The notes beneath the pieces were generated by a model that made no database searches, had not been told where the DNA came from, and was given only the letters and a program-made list of their open reading frames with translations. The position numbers were made by a program, and so were the translations under genes. 64,000 nt of DNA, taken from NCBI GenBank assembly GCA_963702425.1, contig CAVPCQ010000040.1, positions 1 through 64,000 on the forward strand. The letters are read 5' to 3'. Source of the DNA: an uncultured Acidobacteriota bacterium. Lineage in GTDB: Bacteria; Acidobacteriota; Polarisedimenticolia; J045. Shown here piece after piece: positions 24,067 through 34,086 of this stretch (position 1 is its first letter; every line of letters begins with the position of its first letter).

Positions 24067-25623
24067 TCAGCGGGCCTGTTTGCCCGGGACCTTCATCTTC
24101 TCTACGGCCTGTTCCTTCCCTGCCCTGGCTTCCATCATCAGGGTGTATGCGATGTAGTACTTGTAGATGTTGCTCACGTAGGTGACCGTCTCCGCGCCGA
24201 TCTTGTCGGCGGCGACGTATTCGACGTTGTGGAACCAGACGTTCGGATTCAGTCCACGCTTGGCGGCTTCCTTGCGCAACTGAGAGATGCGGCCCGCGCC
24301 GGCATTGTAGGAAGCGAACGCGAACAGCGCCTTGTCCAGATTGGTCATCGGCTCCTTGCCGTAGTAATTGTCGATCATCCAGCGCATGTACTTGACGCCG
24401 GCGTGGATGTTCGCCTCCGTTTCGGCGATGTCGCCGACGTTGAGTTCCTTCCCGGTGGCGGGCATGACCTGCATGACGCCGACGGCGCCCACCGGACTCT
24501 TCGCGGCCTGGTTGAGCTGCGACTCCTGGTACCCCTGGGCCGCCATCAGCAGCCAGTCCACGTCGTACTTGTCGCCGTACTTCTTGAAGTACTCGACCAG
24601 GGCGAGGAACTTCCTGCGCTCGGCCTCGGAGCCGGCGTCCTTGACGTACTTTGCACTCTTGAAATAGCGCGTCAGGATCTGGTTTCCGATCGCGGTCCCC
24701 TTGGCGTTGCGGGCGACGAACGCGTCGGCTGCGGCCTTGAGTTGCGGGCTGTCCTTGCGGATCGCCCAGGCCATCTCGCCGCCGGTGCGCAGGGTGATCC
24801 CCTCATGCACCGTGATCGCGGGGAAGACCTGCTTCCAGAAGCTCGCCAGGTAGTCGACGGAAACGGTGAGCGGAATCAGTCCCGCGTTCACCATCTCGAT
24901 CAGGTCCTCGTCTTCCAGCGTCTCCGGCGCCTCCTTGATGATCACGGCAGGCTTCTTCTCAGTGGCGAAGCGCCGGTTCAGGGCCACCAGGTCCTCGTAG
25001 TAGACCGAGGACCTGCGCACGAAGACCTGCTTTCCCGCCAGATCGTCCACGCTGGAGATCGCGGGCGAGCCGGGCCCGGACACCAGGACCTCGCTCAGGT
25101 TCGACATCACCGGGGAGGAGAAGTCCACCAGCTTCCGGCGCTCGTCGGTCACGCCGAAGCCGGACATCACGATGTCGCCCTTGCCGGCAAGCAGCGCCGG
25201 CAGCAGTTCGCCCCGATCGAGCGGAATGAAGACCGCCTGCACCTTGAGGTTCTTGTTCTTCTGCTTGCTGGTCGCGGCCAGTTTCTTGTTCAGATCCGCC
25301 ACGAACAGGGTACCGATGTCGTAGCTCGTGCCGCGCTGGACACCCTTGTCCACGAAGTAGAGATTCTTGCTGTAAACCGTCAGGATTCGAATGATCCTTC
25401 TCTCGATCATCGCGTCGAGATCGCCCTTCCACGGCTTCATCGCATCTTCGAGCGCGATGGTGAGCTGGTCGCGCTCGGGCGCCTGGGGGGGCGGATCCGT
25501 TTCCGCTGCGGCAAGGATCGGGACGCTGACGACGATCGATGCGAGGGCGGCGGCCACGATGGCCAGCCCGGCGCGGATCGGGGAGTGAGCGGGGCGGTGG
25601 AAAGACGTGCCGAGGGTCGACAT
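24067..25623 (-). CDS. mltF: Lytic transglycosylase F-like (solute-binding domain + SLT domain)
   Basis: WKGDLDAMIERRIIR, AAQGYQESQL, GAVGVMQV, ASYNAGAG, ETVTYVSNIYKYY. Confidence 0.85.
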   Translation of the reverse strand: MSTLGTSFHRPAHSPIRAGLAIVAAALASIVVSVPILAAAETDPPPQAPERDQLTIALEDAMKPWKGDLDAMIERRIIRILTVYSKNLYFVDKGVQRGTSYDIGTLFVADLNKKLAATSKQKNKNLKVQAVFIPLDRGELLPALLAGKGDIVMSGFGVTDERRKLVDFSSPVMSNLSEVLVSGPGSPAISSVDDLAGKQVFVRRSSVYYEDLVALNRRFATEKKPAVIIKEAPETLEDEDLIEMVNAGLIPLTVSVDYLASFWKQVFPAITVHEGITLRTGGEMAWAIRKDSPQLKAAADAFVARNAKGTAIGNQILTRYFKSAKYVKDAGSEAERRKFLALVEYFKKYGDKYDVDWLLMAAQGYQESQLNQAAKSPVGAVGVMQVMPATGKELNVGDIAETEANIHAGVKYMRWMIDNYYGKEPMTNLDKALFAFASYNAGAGRISQLRKEAAKRGLNPNVWFHNVEYVAADKIGAETVTYVSNIYKYYIAYTLMMEARAGKEQAVEKMKVPGKQAR

Positions 25624-25751
25624 GTGACCTCCGTTGCCGGAGACCGGCTGGTAGTGGGCCTCAGCAATGTAACACGTCTCGGACGACGGATTGCCGGCCT
25701 GGTGGACACACCCCGGATGCGCGGTGAGCACCACGTGTCGACGGACTGCCG

Positions 25752-26147
25752 CTACTGCTCCCGACGCGCCTCTCCGCTGCGGAAATAGAAATATGCGCCG
25801 ACGCTCAGGGCGTTGATCACGATCCCGATCGCGTTCCAGGTGATCACCGGTCGCGACGCGATCAGCAGGCCGTAGTAGAGCCAGGCGAACTGGAACAGGC
25901 ACATGATGGCCGCCATCCTCGGGTTCATGCCCGCACTCGAACGGCGCCTGAGCATGGCAAGAAGATCCGGAAACGCGGCGAAGGTCGTGCCGAGTCCGGC
26001 CACGAAGCCGACGACTTCGGACCGCGAGATCGAGGGGGCCAACAGGCTCGCCGTGTCCTGGATCTCCAGGCCCTGGCAACCCAGGAGCGCGATCACGCCG
26101 GCCGGCAGGATCGCGAGCCCCACGCTTCTGAATCGTCCCCTGCTCAT
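25752..26147 (-). CDS. SemiSWEET/PQ-loop-like small sugar transporter
   Basis: VGFVAGLGTTFAAFPD, WLYYGLL, VITWN three-helix pattern; coupled to glycosidase genes. Confidence 0.7.
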   Translation of the reverse strand: MSRGRFRSVGLAILPAGVIALLGCQGLEIQDTASLLAPSISRSEVVGFVAGLGTTFAAFPDLLAMLRRRSSAGMNPRMAAIMCLFQFAWLYYGLLIASRPVITWNAIGIVINALSVGAYFYFRSGEARREQ

Positions 26148-27631
26148 CGCGGGATCTCCTTGGAATCGCTCGGCTCCACCGAGAAGACGTGGTATCCCCA
26201 CGGCGGCAGGTCGAGGTAGAGCCCGCGCGTCGCGAGTTCCTCCCCCATCCGTTCGTAGCGGTCGCTTCCCATCCGGTCGACGAGGCGCCAGGCCCGGCCC
26301 GCGAGATCGCCCCACGGCATCTCGAGGAAGCACTGGCTCCGGTGGCCGGCGTAGTTGACGGCGACCAGGCGGCGGCGCTCTCCCGGCCCGGTCCAGGAGA
26401 ACGCGACGAACGCGTCCGAGGACGGGTTCCCTTCCCACGCCGGACGGCACGCGAGCAGCTGCCACCGCCCGTCGCGGAACGCCGGGTCCTTCAGGCAGGC
26501 CAGGAGCCGGCCGTAGAAGTCGCGGATCGCCTCGTCCACCGGCTCCCGAGGTCCCCTTCCGAGGTGGACCGGGATCCGGACCCGTTTCCCCTCGCGCTGC
26601 CCCTGGTGAAGGAAGCGGAGCCCCGGCGCGAAGAACGTGACGACGGCCGCCGCGCGGTGGACCTCGGGTGGGAAGGTCGCTGCCGCGCGCGGCTCGTCGT
26701 GGTTCTCGAGAAAGCGCGCCAGCCGGTCCTGGTAGTCGAGGCCGGCGAGAAAATGCTCCCGGACCGGCCGCGCCGCGCCGTGCTCGAGACGGTCGTAGAG
26801 CCGCTTGTCGTAGGCGTAGTCGAACCCCTGCTGCTGGAGCGTCCACTCGAGGTCCCAGTAGACCTCGGCCAGGAAGAGGAAGCCCGGGACCTCCGCGCGG
26901 ACGGCGGCGGTCGCCCGCGGCCAGAAGGGGCTCGCCGCGATCCCCCAGGTCCGCTCGAAGATCTCGGGGAGGACGAGCATCGCCATGTCGCACCGGACGC
27001 CGTCGCACTGCCGCGCGATCCGGGACAGCTCGCCGAGCATCGCGTCCTGCAGCGCAGGGCTGCCGTAGTTCAGCTGGAAGGTGTCGGGCCAGCCGTCGAA
27101 GTACGGATCGCGGCCGTACGCGAGGATCCGGTCCCCCGCGCGGCCCCAGTTCTGCGGATCGGCAGCCAGCTTCTCTTCCGTTCCCTCGACGAAGTACTCC
27201 GGATGGTCCTCGAGCCAACGGTGGTCCGGCGCCACGTGGTTGGGAACGAAGTCGAGGATCAGGCGCAGGCCGCGGCGCCGGAGCCGCTCGCGCAGGCGCG
27301 CCAGGGCCGCGTCGCCGCCGAAGTCCTGGTGCACACGGTACTCGCGCACGGCGAAGCAGGAACCGGTCACGTCCGCCTCGCGGAGATCGGGCAGGACCCG
27401 GCGGTACTCCGCGAGCCACTCCGGCTTCGAGCGCGAGACGCGCCGGGCGGCCTGCCCCGTCTGCCAGACGCCGAGGAACCAGACGAGGTCGAATCCGTCC
27501 GCGGCGAGTCCGTCCAGCTCCGCGTCCGTCACGTCGTCCAGCGTCGCGGGGCGCCCGACTTCCCGCGCGAGTTCCGAGAGCCGCGCGCGCGTGTTGACCT
27601 GGAAGAGCGCCGGGTACCGGCCGGCGGACAT
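26144..27631 (-). CDS. Alpha-amylase family (GH13) glycoside hydrolase
   Basis: LILDFVPNH, DGVRCDMAM, FLAEVYWD, RFLENHDEPR. Confidence 0.88.
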   Translation of the reverse strand: MSAGRYPALFQVNTRARLSELAREVGRPATLDDVTDAELDGLAADGFDLVWFLGVWQTGQAARRVSRSKPEWLAEYRRVLPDLREADVTGSCFAVREYRVHQDFGGDAALARLRERLRRRGLRLILDFVPNHVAPDHRWLEDHPEYFVEGTEEKLAADPQNWGRAGDRILAYGRDPYFDGWPDTFQLNYGSPALQDAMLGELSRIARQCDGVRCDMAMLVLPEIFERTWGIAASPFWPRATAAVRAEVPGFLFLAEVYWDLEWTLQQQGFDYAYDKRLYDRLEHGAARPVREHFLAGLDYQDRLARFLENHDEPRAAATFPPEVHRAAAVVTFFAPGLRFLHQGQREGKRVRIPVHLGRGPREPVDEAIRDFYGRLLACLKDPAFRDGRWQLLACRPAWEGNPSSDAFVAFSWTGPGERRRLVAVNYAGHRSQCFLEMPWGDLAGRAWRLVDRMGSDRYERMGEELATRGLYLDLPPWGYHVFSVEPSDSKEIPR

Positions 27632-30381
27632 CACTTCTCCTGGGTCCCGCCCACCTGCTCGCGGACCAGCATGGACCGGACCTGCCCCTTCGAAGTGCGG
27701 AGGACGGTCTTGGCGTCGAGGCGGCCGAAGAGGTCCATGAGGCGGGCGACGGTTCCCGTCCAGCCCGTCTGGTGGCTCGCGCCGAGACCGGCCCCGTTGT
27801 CGCCGTGGAAGTACTCGTAGAAGAGGATCAGGTCCCGCCAGTGCGGGTCGGTCTGGAACTTCTCCGCCCCCCCGTACACGGGGCGGCGGCCGCTGTCGTC
27901 GCGTTCGAAGGTCGCCGCGAGGCGCCGCGAGATCTCCCGGGCGACCTCGAAGAGCGTCATCCGGTTTCCGGAGCCCGTGGGGCACTCGACCTTGAAGTCG
28001 TCGCCGTAGAAGGGGTAGAGGTTCAGCAGCCCGCGGATCAGGAGCACGTTCACCGGCATCCAGACCGGGCCCCGCCAGTTCGAGTTCCCTCCGAACATGC
28101 CGGTGTTCGACTCCGCCGGCAGGTACGACACGTCGTAGGTGCGGCCCGCCACGTCGAAGACGAACGGGTGGTCCCGATGGTATTGCGACAGCGACCGGAT
28201 GCCGTAGGGGCCGAGGAACTCGTTCTCGTCGAGTAGATATCTGAGCACGCGCTCGAGCTTCTCCCGGTTGAGCACCGATAGCAGGCGCCGGTTCGCGTGG
28301 CCGACGAACCCTTCCGCAGTCGGAGCGACGTGCGCGAGGACCTCGGGGTGGCGTTTCCGGAACAGCGCGATCAGCTCCCGGAGCTTCGGAAACCGGTCGA
28401 GGACGTCCCCCTCGAAGACCGTGGAAGCGCAGAGGGGCAGGAGCCCGACCATCGACCGGACCTTGAGCCGCGTCGCGCTGCCGTCCGGCAGCCTCAGGAG
28501 GTCGTAGTAGAAACCGTCCGCCTCGTCCCACATCTCGTCGTGGTGCTCGCCGCTGCGGTCCATCGCGTACGAGATCCAGATGAAGTGCTGGAGGAACCGG
28601 TAGGCGTGCTCCTGGTAGACGGGATCCTCGTCGGCGAGGATGAGCGCGATCTCGAGCATGTTCTGGCAGAAGAAGGCCATCCAGGCGGTCCCGTCCGCCT
28701 GCTCGAGCGAGCCGCCGGTGGGAAGCGGCGCGCTCCGGTCGAACACGCCGATGTTGTCGAGGCCGAGGAACCCGCCCGCGAAGACGTTTCGCCCGTCGGG
28801 GTCCTTCCGGTTCAACCACCAGCTGAAGTTGAGCAGCAGCCCCTGGAACGAGCGCTCGAGGAACTGGCGGTCGCCCCGCCCGAGATCCCGCTCGACCGTG
28901 AAGAGAAAGAGCGTCGCCCAGGCGTGGACGGGAGGGTTCACGTCGCTGAAGTTCCACTCGTAGGCGGGGATCTGCCCGTTCGGGTGGGCGTAGAGGCTCC
29001 GCAGCATCAGGAGGAGCTGCTCCTTCGCGAAGTCGAAGTCGACGAGGGCGAGCGGCAGCGTGTGGAACGCCAGGTCCCACGCCGCGTACCACGGGTACTC
29101 CCACTTGTCGGGCATCGAGATGATGTCGCCGTTGAACATGTGGAACCACTCGGCGTTCCGGACGCCACCCGACCGGCCCCCGAGGAGCGGGTGGGCGTCG
29201 TGCTCCATCAGCCAGCGGTCGAGGTCGAACAGGTAGAACTGCTTCGACCAGAGCATCCCGGCGAGCGCCTGGCGGTGGACCCGGCGCTGGTCCTCGGTCA
29301 GCGACGGGGGCGTGATCTTTCCGAAGAACTCGTCGGCGTCGGCGAGCCGCGCCGCGAAGCTCGCGTCGAACGGCTTCCCGAAGGGGGCGCTGGGGGGCTC
29401 CGCGGCAAGCCGGAGCTGGACGACCCGGCAGCCGCCCGCCGGCACGTCGAGGACGTAGCGGGCCGCGGCCTTGGTGCCGGTCTTCGCCGGGTTCACCGCA
29501 ACCGCCTCGCCGCCGATCACGTACCGATGGAACGCGTCCTTCACGTACGGGGACGGGTTGGGCTGTCCCCAGAGGCGTTCCGCGTTGCTCTCGTTCTCCG
29601 TGAAGAGCAGCTCCGGCTTGCCGTCGCAGGCCAGGATGTATGCGCCCAGCTCGGGATGGTCGGCGCGGATCCTCCCCGGTCCCGCTTCCGCCAGGAGCGG
29701 TCTCTCTCCGCCCTCGCCCCACGACCAGGTGTTCCGGAACCAGAGCGTCGGGAGCAGGTGCACGCGCGCCGCCTCGGGGCCCCGGTTGTGGACGGAGACG
29801 CGGATCAGGAGATCCTCCGGACCGTCCTTGGCATACTCGAGGACGACGTCGAAATAGCGGTCCTCGTCGAACGCACCGGTGTCGAGCAGCTCGTACTCCA
29901 TCTCCTCGCGCGACCGCCTGCCGTTCGTCTCGACCAGGTCGCCGTAGGGGAATTCGCGCTGCGGGTACTTGTAGATCGACTTCATGTACGAGTGGGTCGG
30001 GGTCGAGTCGACGTAGAAGTAGTACTCCTTGACGTCCTCGCCGTGGTTCCCCTGGCTGTTCGTCAGGCCGAAGAGCCGTTCCTTCAGGATCGGGTCCCGC
30101 TCGTTCCACAGGGCGAGCGCGAAGCAGAGGCGCTGCTTGTCGTCGGAGATCCCTCCGATGCCGTCCTCGCCCCAGCGATAGGCGCGCGAGCGGGCCTGGT
30201 CGTGCGTGAAGTAGTCCCAGGCGTCGCCGCTCGCGCTGTAATCCTCGCGCACCGTTCCCCACTGCCGCTCGGAGAGGTAGGGCCCCCACTTCTTCCAGGG
30301 GATCCCCTCCTCGCGGGCGTCATTCAGGCGCGTCTGCTCGGTGCACTCGGTGAGGTCCTTGGGGCGGTTTGAACGGGCCAT
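27631..30381 (-). CDS. MGH1-like / GH63 glucosidase
   Basis: WKKWGPYLSERQWGTVREDYS, SMPDKWEYPWYAAWDLAFH, GGNSNWRGPVW, FYEYFHGDNGAGLGASHQTGWT. Confidence 0.88.
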   Translation of the reverse strand: MARSNRPKDLTECTEQTRLNDAREEGIPWKKWGPYLSERQWGTVREDYSASGDAWDYFTHDQARSRAYRWGEDGIGGISDDKQRLCFALALWNERDPILKERLFGLTNSQGNHGEDVKEYYFYVDSTPTHSYMKSIYKYPQREFPYGDLVETNGRRSREEMEYELLDTGAFDEDRYFDVVLEYAKDGPEDLLIRVSVHNRGPEAARVHLLPTLWFRNTWSWGEGGERPLLAEAGPGRIRADHPELGAYILACDGKPELLFTENESNAERLWGQPNPSPYVKDAFHRYVIGGEAVAVNPAKTGTKAAARYVLDVPAGGCRVVQLRLAAEPPSAPFGKPFDASFAARLADADEFFGKITPPSLTEDQRRVHRQALAGMLWSKQFYLFDLDRWLMEHDAHPLLGGRSGGVRNAEWFHMFNGDIISMPDKWEYPWYAAWDLAFHTLPLALVDFDFAKEQLLLMLRSLYAHPNGQIPAYEWNFSDVNPPVHAWATLFLFTVERDLGRGDRQFLERSFQGLLLNFSWWLNRKDPDGRNVFAGGFLGLDNIGVFDRSAPLPTGGSLEQADGTAWMAFFCQNMLEIALILADEDPVYQEHAYRFLQHFIWISYAMDRSGEHHDEMWDEADGFYYDLLRLPDGSATRLKVRSMVGLLPLCASTVFEGDVLDRFPKLRELIALFRKRHPEVLAHVAPTAEGFVGHANRRLLSVLNREKLERVLRYLLDENEFLGPYGIRSLSQYHRDHPFVFDVAGRTYDVSYLPAESNTGMFGGNSNWRGPVWMPVNVLLIRGLLNLYPFYGDDFKVECPTGSGNRMTLFEVAREISRRLAATFERDDSGRRPVYGGAEKFQTDPHWRDLILFYEYFHGDNGAGLGASHQTGWTGTVARLMDLFGRLDAKTVLRTSKGQVRSMLVREQVGGTQEK

Positions 30382-30707
30382 GGTTCTTTCCTCTGGGTGT
30401 CGCCACCGGATATCGAATGCCGCGCGGGCGGTTCCCTCGCCAGCGCAACGAGTCGCACCGCGCTGGACATTCTTCACACGTTCCCTGCTGGCCTGCAAGG
30501 GACGGGGGAGTTTGATTCCAACACGTTCTGCTTGGGATACTTGCGAATCGCGGCGTTGGCCCGATTCGTAGCCGCGGCCAGCAGGATCCCTCCGGAGGTT
30601 CGGCGCCTTCTCAGGGGAGGCGGGTCTCACGACGACTCGACGGTCGCGCTGTCCGGCGCGACCGGGCGCAGAATAGGGCCCGGCGACATCGAGGAGAGGA
30701 GAAGGCC

Positions 30708-31724
30708 ATGCAACTCGGGATGATCGGGCTCGGACGGATGGGCGGAAACATGGTGCGCCGGCTGATCGGCGGCGGCCACGATTGTGTCGTCTTCGACCGG
30801 TCGCCGCAGGCGGTCGCGGAGCTCGCGAAGGAGAAGGCGGTCGGCGCGTCGTCGCTGGCGGACTTCGTCGGGAAGCTCGCGAAGCCCCGCGCGATCTGGC
30901 TGATGGTCCCGGCCGCCGTCGTGGACGGCTCGATCGCCGATCTCCTCCCCCTCCTCGAGCAGGACGACATCCTGATCGACGGTGGCAACTCCTACTACGT
31001 CGACGACATCCGGCGCGCGAAGGAGCTGGCCGCGAAGGGGATCCACTACGTCGACGTCGGCACGAGCGGCGGCGTCTGGGGGCTCGAGCGGGGCTACTGC
31101 ATGATGATCGGCGGCGAGGACGCCGTCGTGAAGCGCCTCGACCCGATCTTCAAGCGGCTGGCCCCGGGCCGGGGTGACGTCCCGCGAACACCCGGACGCG
31201 AGAAGGCCGGCGGAACCGCCGAAGAGGGTTATCTTCACTGCGGGCCGAACGGTTCGGGCCACTTCGTCAAGATGGTCCACAACGGCATCGAGTACGGCCT
31301 CATGGCGGCCTACGCCGAGGGGCTGAACATCCTGAAGCACGCCAACGTCGGGAAGAAGGGGCGCGAGGTCGACGCGGAGACGACGCCGCTCCGGCATCCC
31401 GAACTCTATCAGTACGACCTGAACCTCCCCGACATCACGGAGGTCTGGCGGCGCGGGAGCGTGATCGCCTCGTGGCTGCTCGACCTGACCGCGAGCGCGC
31501 TGCTGGAATCTCCGGACCTCGAGAAGTTCTCGGGGCGCGTCTCGGACTCCGGAGAGGGACGCTGGACCATCCTGGCGGCGATCGACGAGGGGACGCCGGC
31601 CGAAGTCCTCACCGCTTCCCTTTACCAGCGGTTCGCATCGCGCGGCGAGGCGGAGTTCCAGAACAAGGTGCTGTCCGCAATGCGCTACGCCTTCGGCGGG
31701 CATCACGAGAAGCCGGCGAAGTGA
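30708..31724 (+). CDS. gnd: 6-phosphogluconate dehydrogenase (decarboxylating, short type)
   Basis: [48 protein letters not shown]. Confidence 0.95.
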   Translation: MQLGMIGLGRMGGNMVRRLIGGGHDCVVFDRSPQAVAELAKEKAVGASSLADFVGKLAKPRAIWLMVPAAVVDGSIADLLPLLEQDDILIDGGNSYYVDDIRRAKELAAKGIHYVDVGTSGGVWGLERGYCMMIGGEDAVVKRLDPIFKRLAPGRGDVPRTPGREKAGGTAEEGYLHCGPNGSGHFVKMVHNGIEYGLMAAYAEGLNILKHANVGKKGREVDAETTPLRHPELYQYDLNLPDITEVWRRGSVIASWLLDLTASALLESPDLEKFSGRVSDSGEGRWTILAAIDEGTPAEVLTASLYQRFASRGEAEFQNKVLSAMRYAFGGHHEKPAK

Positions 31725-31869
31725 GGCGGGTGCCACGAGCCCACTTACCGAGGAACGCGGAGTCTGTTCGCGGCAGTTCCCGGGATGGGGAATCGTGCTA
31801 GTATTCCTCGCATTTTCCAGCGCGGCAGAACGCCCCGCGCGCTGTCCGGACCGCAAGGAGGAACCGATC

Positions 31870-32376
31870 GTGACGCGCTCAAAGTGGCTCACTCTCTCGA
31901 CGATTCTCATCGCATCGGCCCTGGTCCTCTCGTTTCCGGCGCGAGCCGCGGAGCCGATGGACCCGGCGACCCAGGCGCTCGAAGAGCACCTGAAGGCGGT
32001 TCGCGGCGACCTCGTGCAGCGGCGCGACTCGGCCGTGCGGACACTGATCAAGCTCGACGGGGACCAGGCCAAGACGTTCGCGCAGCTCGAGGGCCAGTAC
32101 GACGCGGAGCTCAAGAAGATCGGAGAGGCCCGCGGAGCGCTCCTGCGCGAGTACGCCAAGGTCTACAAGAACATGACCCCCGATCAGGCGAAGGACATGG
32201 CGATCCGCTCCATCAAGCTGGACGAGGAGCGGAACAACCTGCGGCGGAAGTACTTCGACCTCATGTCGGAGAAGATCTCGGTCCTCGTCGCCGGGCAGTT
32301 CCTGCAGCTCGAACGCCAGTTCGAGACGCTGATGGACGTCCAGGCCCAGGCCATCGTTCCGCTCGCGGGGGAATAG
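31870..32376 (+). CDS. Exported helical hypothetical protein
   Basis: AAGGAGG RBS, GTG start, signal peptide ending ARA-AE, helical composition. Confidence 0.7.
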   Translation: MTRSKWLTLSTILIASALVLSFPARAAEPMDPATQALEEHLKAVRGDLVQRRDSAVRTLIKLDGDQAKTFAQLEGQYDAELKKIGEARGALLREYAKVYKNMTPDQAKDMAIRSIKLDEERNNLRRKYFDLMSEKISVLVAGQFLQLERQFETLMDVQAQAIVPLAGE

Positions 32377-32380
32377 TCCG

Positions 32381-32410
32381 AGGAGGCCGGCCGGCCGTGA
32401 CCGGCCTCCT
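32381..32410. terminator. Hairpin between converging genes
   Basis: Inverted repeat aggaggccgg...ccggcctcct. Confidence 0.55.
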
Positions 32411-32413
32411 GCG

Positions 32414-34000
32414 TCAGGGCCCGCCCAGGAGCCCGATCGCCACCTGCGCGCAGACGATCTTCAGGATCGTCATCGACGGGAAGATGGTCGCGAAGGCCAC
32501 GTCGATCCGGTCGCTCGGCAGCGTCCGGTTCGCGAAGGCGACGATCGCCGGGTTGCCGGCCGTGCCGGACGCGACCCCGAAGAGGTCGTCGGTGGAGAGT
32601 CCGAAGCCGTAGTGCCCCACGAGCAGGACGCACAGCATCGCGGCCAGCACGATCGTCACTCCGACCGCCAGGTGCGTGAGGCCCGTCTGGGCGACCGTCG
32701 TGACGAAGGGCGCCCCGACGCTGAGACCGACCGCGGCAAGGAACAGGGTCAACCCGAAGCTGCGGAGCGTCAGGTTCGCCGCCAGTGGGATGTGCCAGGA
32801 AAGAGAACCGGTCCTTCCCAGCCGACCGAGGACCAGCGCGACGATCAGCGGGCCGCCCGCGAGTCCCAGGGCGAACGACCCGACGCCGGGAATCGGGACC
32901 TTGATCAGGCCGAGCAGGACCCCGAGCGACATCCCCAGGCCGACTGAGACGTACGAGAACTCCGCCGTCGACTTCAGCGAGTCCCCGAAGTAGCGCCGGA
33001 GGGCCGCGAGGTCCTCGCGCGACGCGATCACGCCGACCCGGTCGCCATACTCGAGCACCAGGTCGGCGGCCGGGAGCAGGACCACGTCGCCCCGGCGCAC
33101 CTCGGCGATCTTCGCGTCGGCCCCGTCGGGGAACTCGAGCTGCCCGATCGGCGTGCCCACCACCGCCGAAGACGAAACGAACAACCGCGCGACATCGAGG
33201 GTTCCCCGGTCCGTCGCGATCCGGCCGGGATCGACGCGGCCGAGGGCCAGCCGCGCCCGCTCCAGCGCCTCGGGCAGGCCGAACAGCAGCACGCCGTCTC
33301 CGGCCGCGACCTGGATCGCCGGATCGGGCAGGAGATTCCGGCCCCCCTGGCGAACGGCGACCAGTTCGACCCCGGGTGGCAGTTGCGCGATCAACTCCTC
33401 GACGCTGAGGCTCCGCACCACGGTCAGGGTGATCTCGAGCGGCTGGGCCGGCGCGGGCGCGGGCGCGAGACGCGGAGTGAGCAGGCGTGCGAACGCAACG
33501 AGGCACAGGATCGGGCCGATCACGCCGAAGGGGTACGCGATCGAGTAACCGATCGCAGGATCCTGGCTTCCCGCAGCGTCGATCGCCGCCTGCAGCGTCG
33601 GCGTGCTGGTGAGCGAGCCGGCGAAGAGGCCCATGGCGTACGCCGGAGACATGCCCGCGGCACGGCCCAGCGCCAGCGTCACGGCCAGCGCGGCAAGCAC
33701 TCCCGTCGCGGCCAGCGCGTTCCACCGCAGGCCGGGCCCTTTCAGTCCCGCGAAGAACTGCCTGCCGTATTGGATCCCGATGCTGTAGAGGAACATCGCC
33801 AGCCCGACCGAGCTGAGCAGCCCGGGCGGCGCGGCGTTCGGCGCGATCGCGCCCAGCGCGAGGCCGGCGAACAGCACCGCCCCGACCCCCAGCGAGAACC
33901 CGGCGACCGTGATCTGCCCCAGCGCGTACCCGAGTCCGATCGTGGCGAAGAGCGCCAGCATCGGCGACTGTTCCAGGACAGTGCGAAACGCCTCGAGCAT
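32414..34000 (-). CDS. Aspartate:alanine exchanger family (YidE/YbjL-like) transporter
   Basis: FSLGVGAVLFAG, FAGSLTSTPTLQAA, GYSIAYPFGVIG, LGLAGGPLIVALVLG. Confidence 0.85.
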   Translation of the reverse strand: MLEAFRTVLEQSPMLALFATIGLGYALGQITVAGFSLGVGAVLFAGLALGAIAPNAAPPGLLSSVGLAMFLYSIGIQYGRQFFAGLKGPGLRWNALAATGVLAALAVTLALGRAAGMSPAYAMGLFAGSLTSTPTLQAAIDAAGSQDPAIGYSIAYPFGVIGPILCLVAFARLLTPRLAPAPAPAQPLEITLTVVRSLSVEELIAQLPPGVELVAVRQGGRNLLPDPAIQVAAGDGVLLFGLPEALERARLALGRVDPGRIATDRGTLDVARLFVSSSAVVGTPIGQLEFPDGADAKIAEVRRGDVVLLPAADLVLEYGDRVGVIASREDLAALRRYFGDSLKSTAEFSYVSVGLGMSLGVLLGLIKVPIPGVGSFALGLAGGPLIVALVLGRLGRTGSLSWHIPLAANLTLRSFGLTLFLAAVGLSVGAPFVTTVAQTGLTHLAVGVTIVLAAMLCVLLVGHYGFGLSTDDLFGVASGTAGNPAIVAFANRTLPSDRIDVAFATIFPSMTILKIVCAQVAIGLLGGP

Positions 34001-34049
34001 GATCACTCCCCTCGCCTGCGCCTGGCGCGCGTGGAAGCCGCTCCGTGAA

Positions 34050-34075
34050 GGGGGCCGGGTGACGTTCGGCCCCCC
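34050..34075 (-). terminator. Hairpin downstream of the serine dehydratase gene
   Basis: gggggccg...cggccccc, followed by a short T stretch on the minus strand. Confidence 0.45.
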
Positions 34076-34086
34076 ACTCTTGCGAT

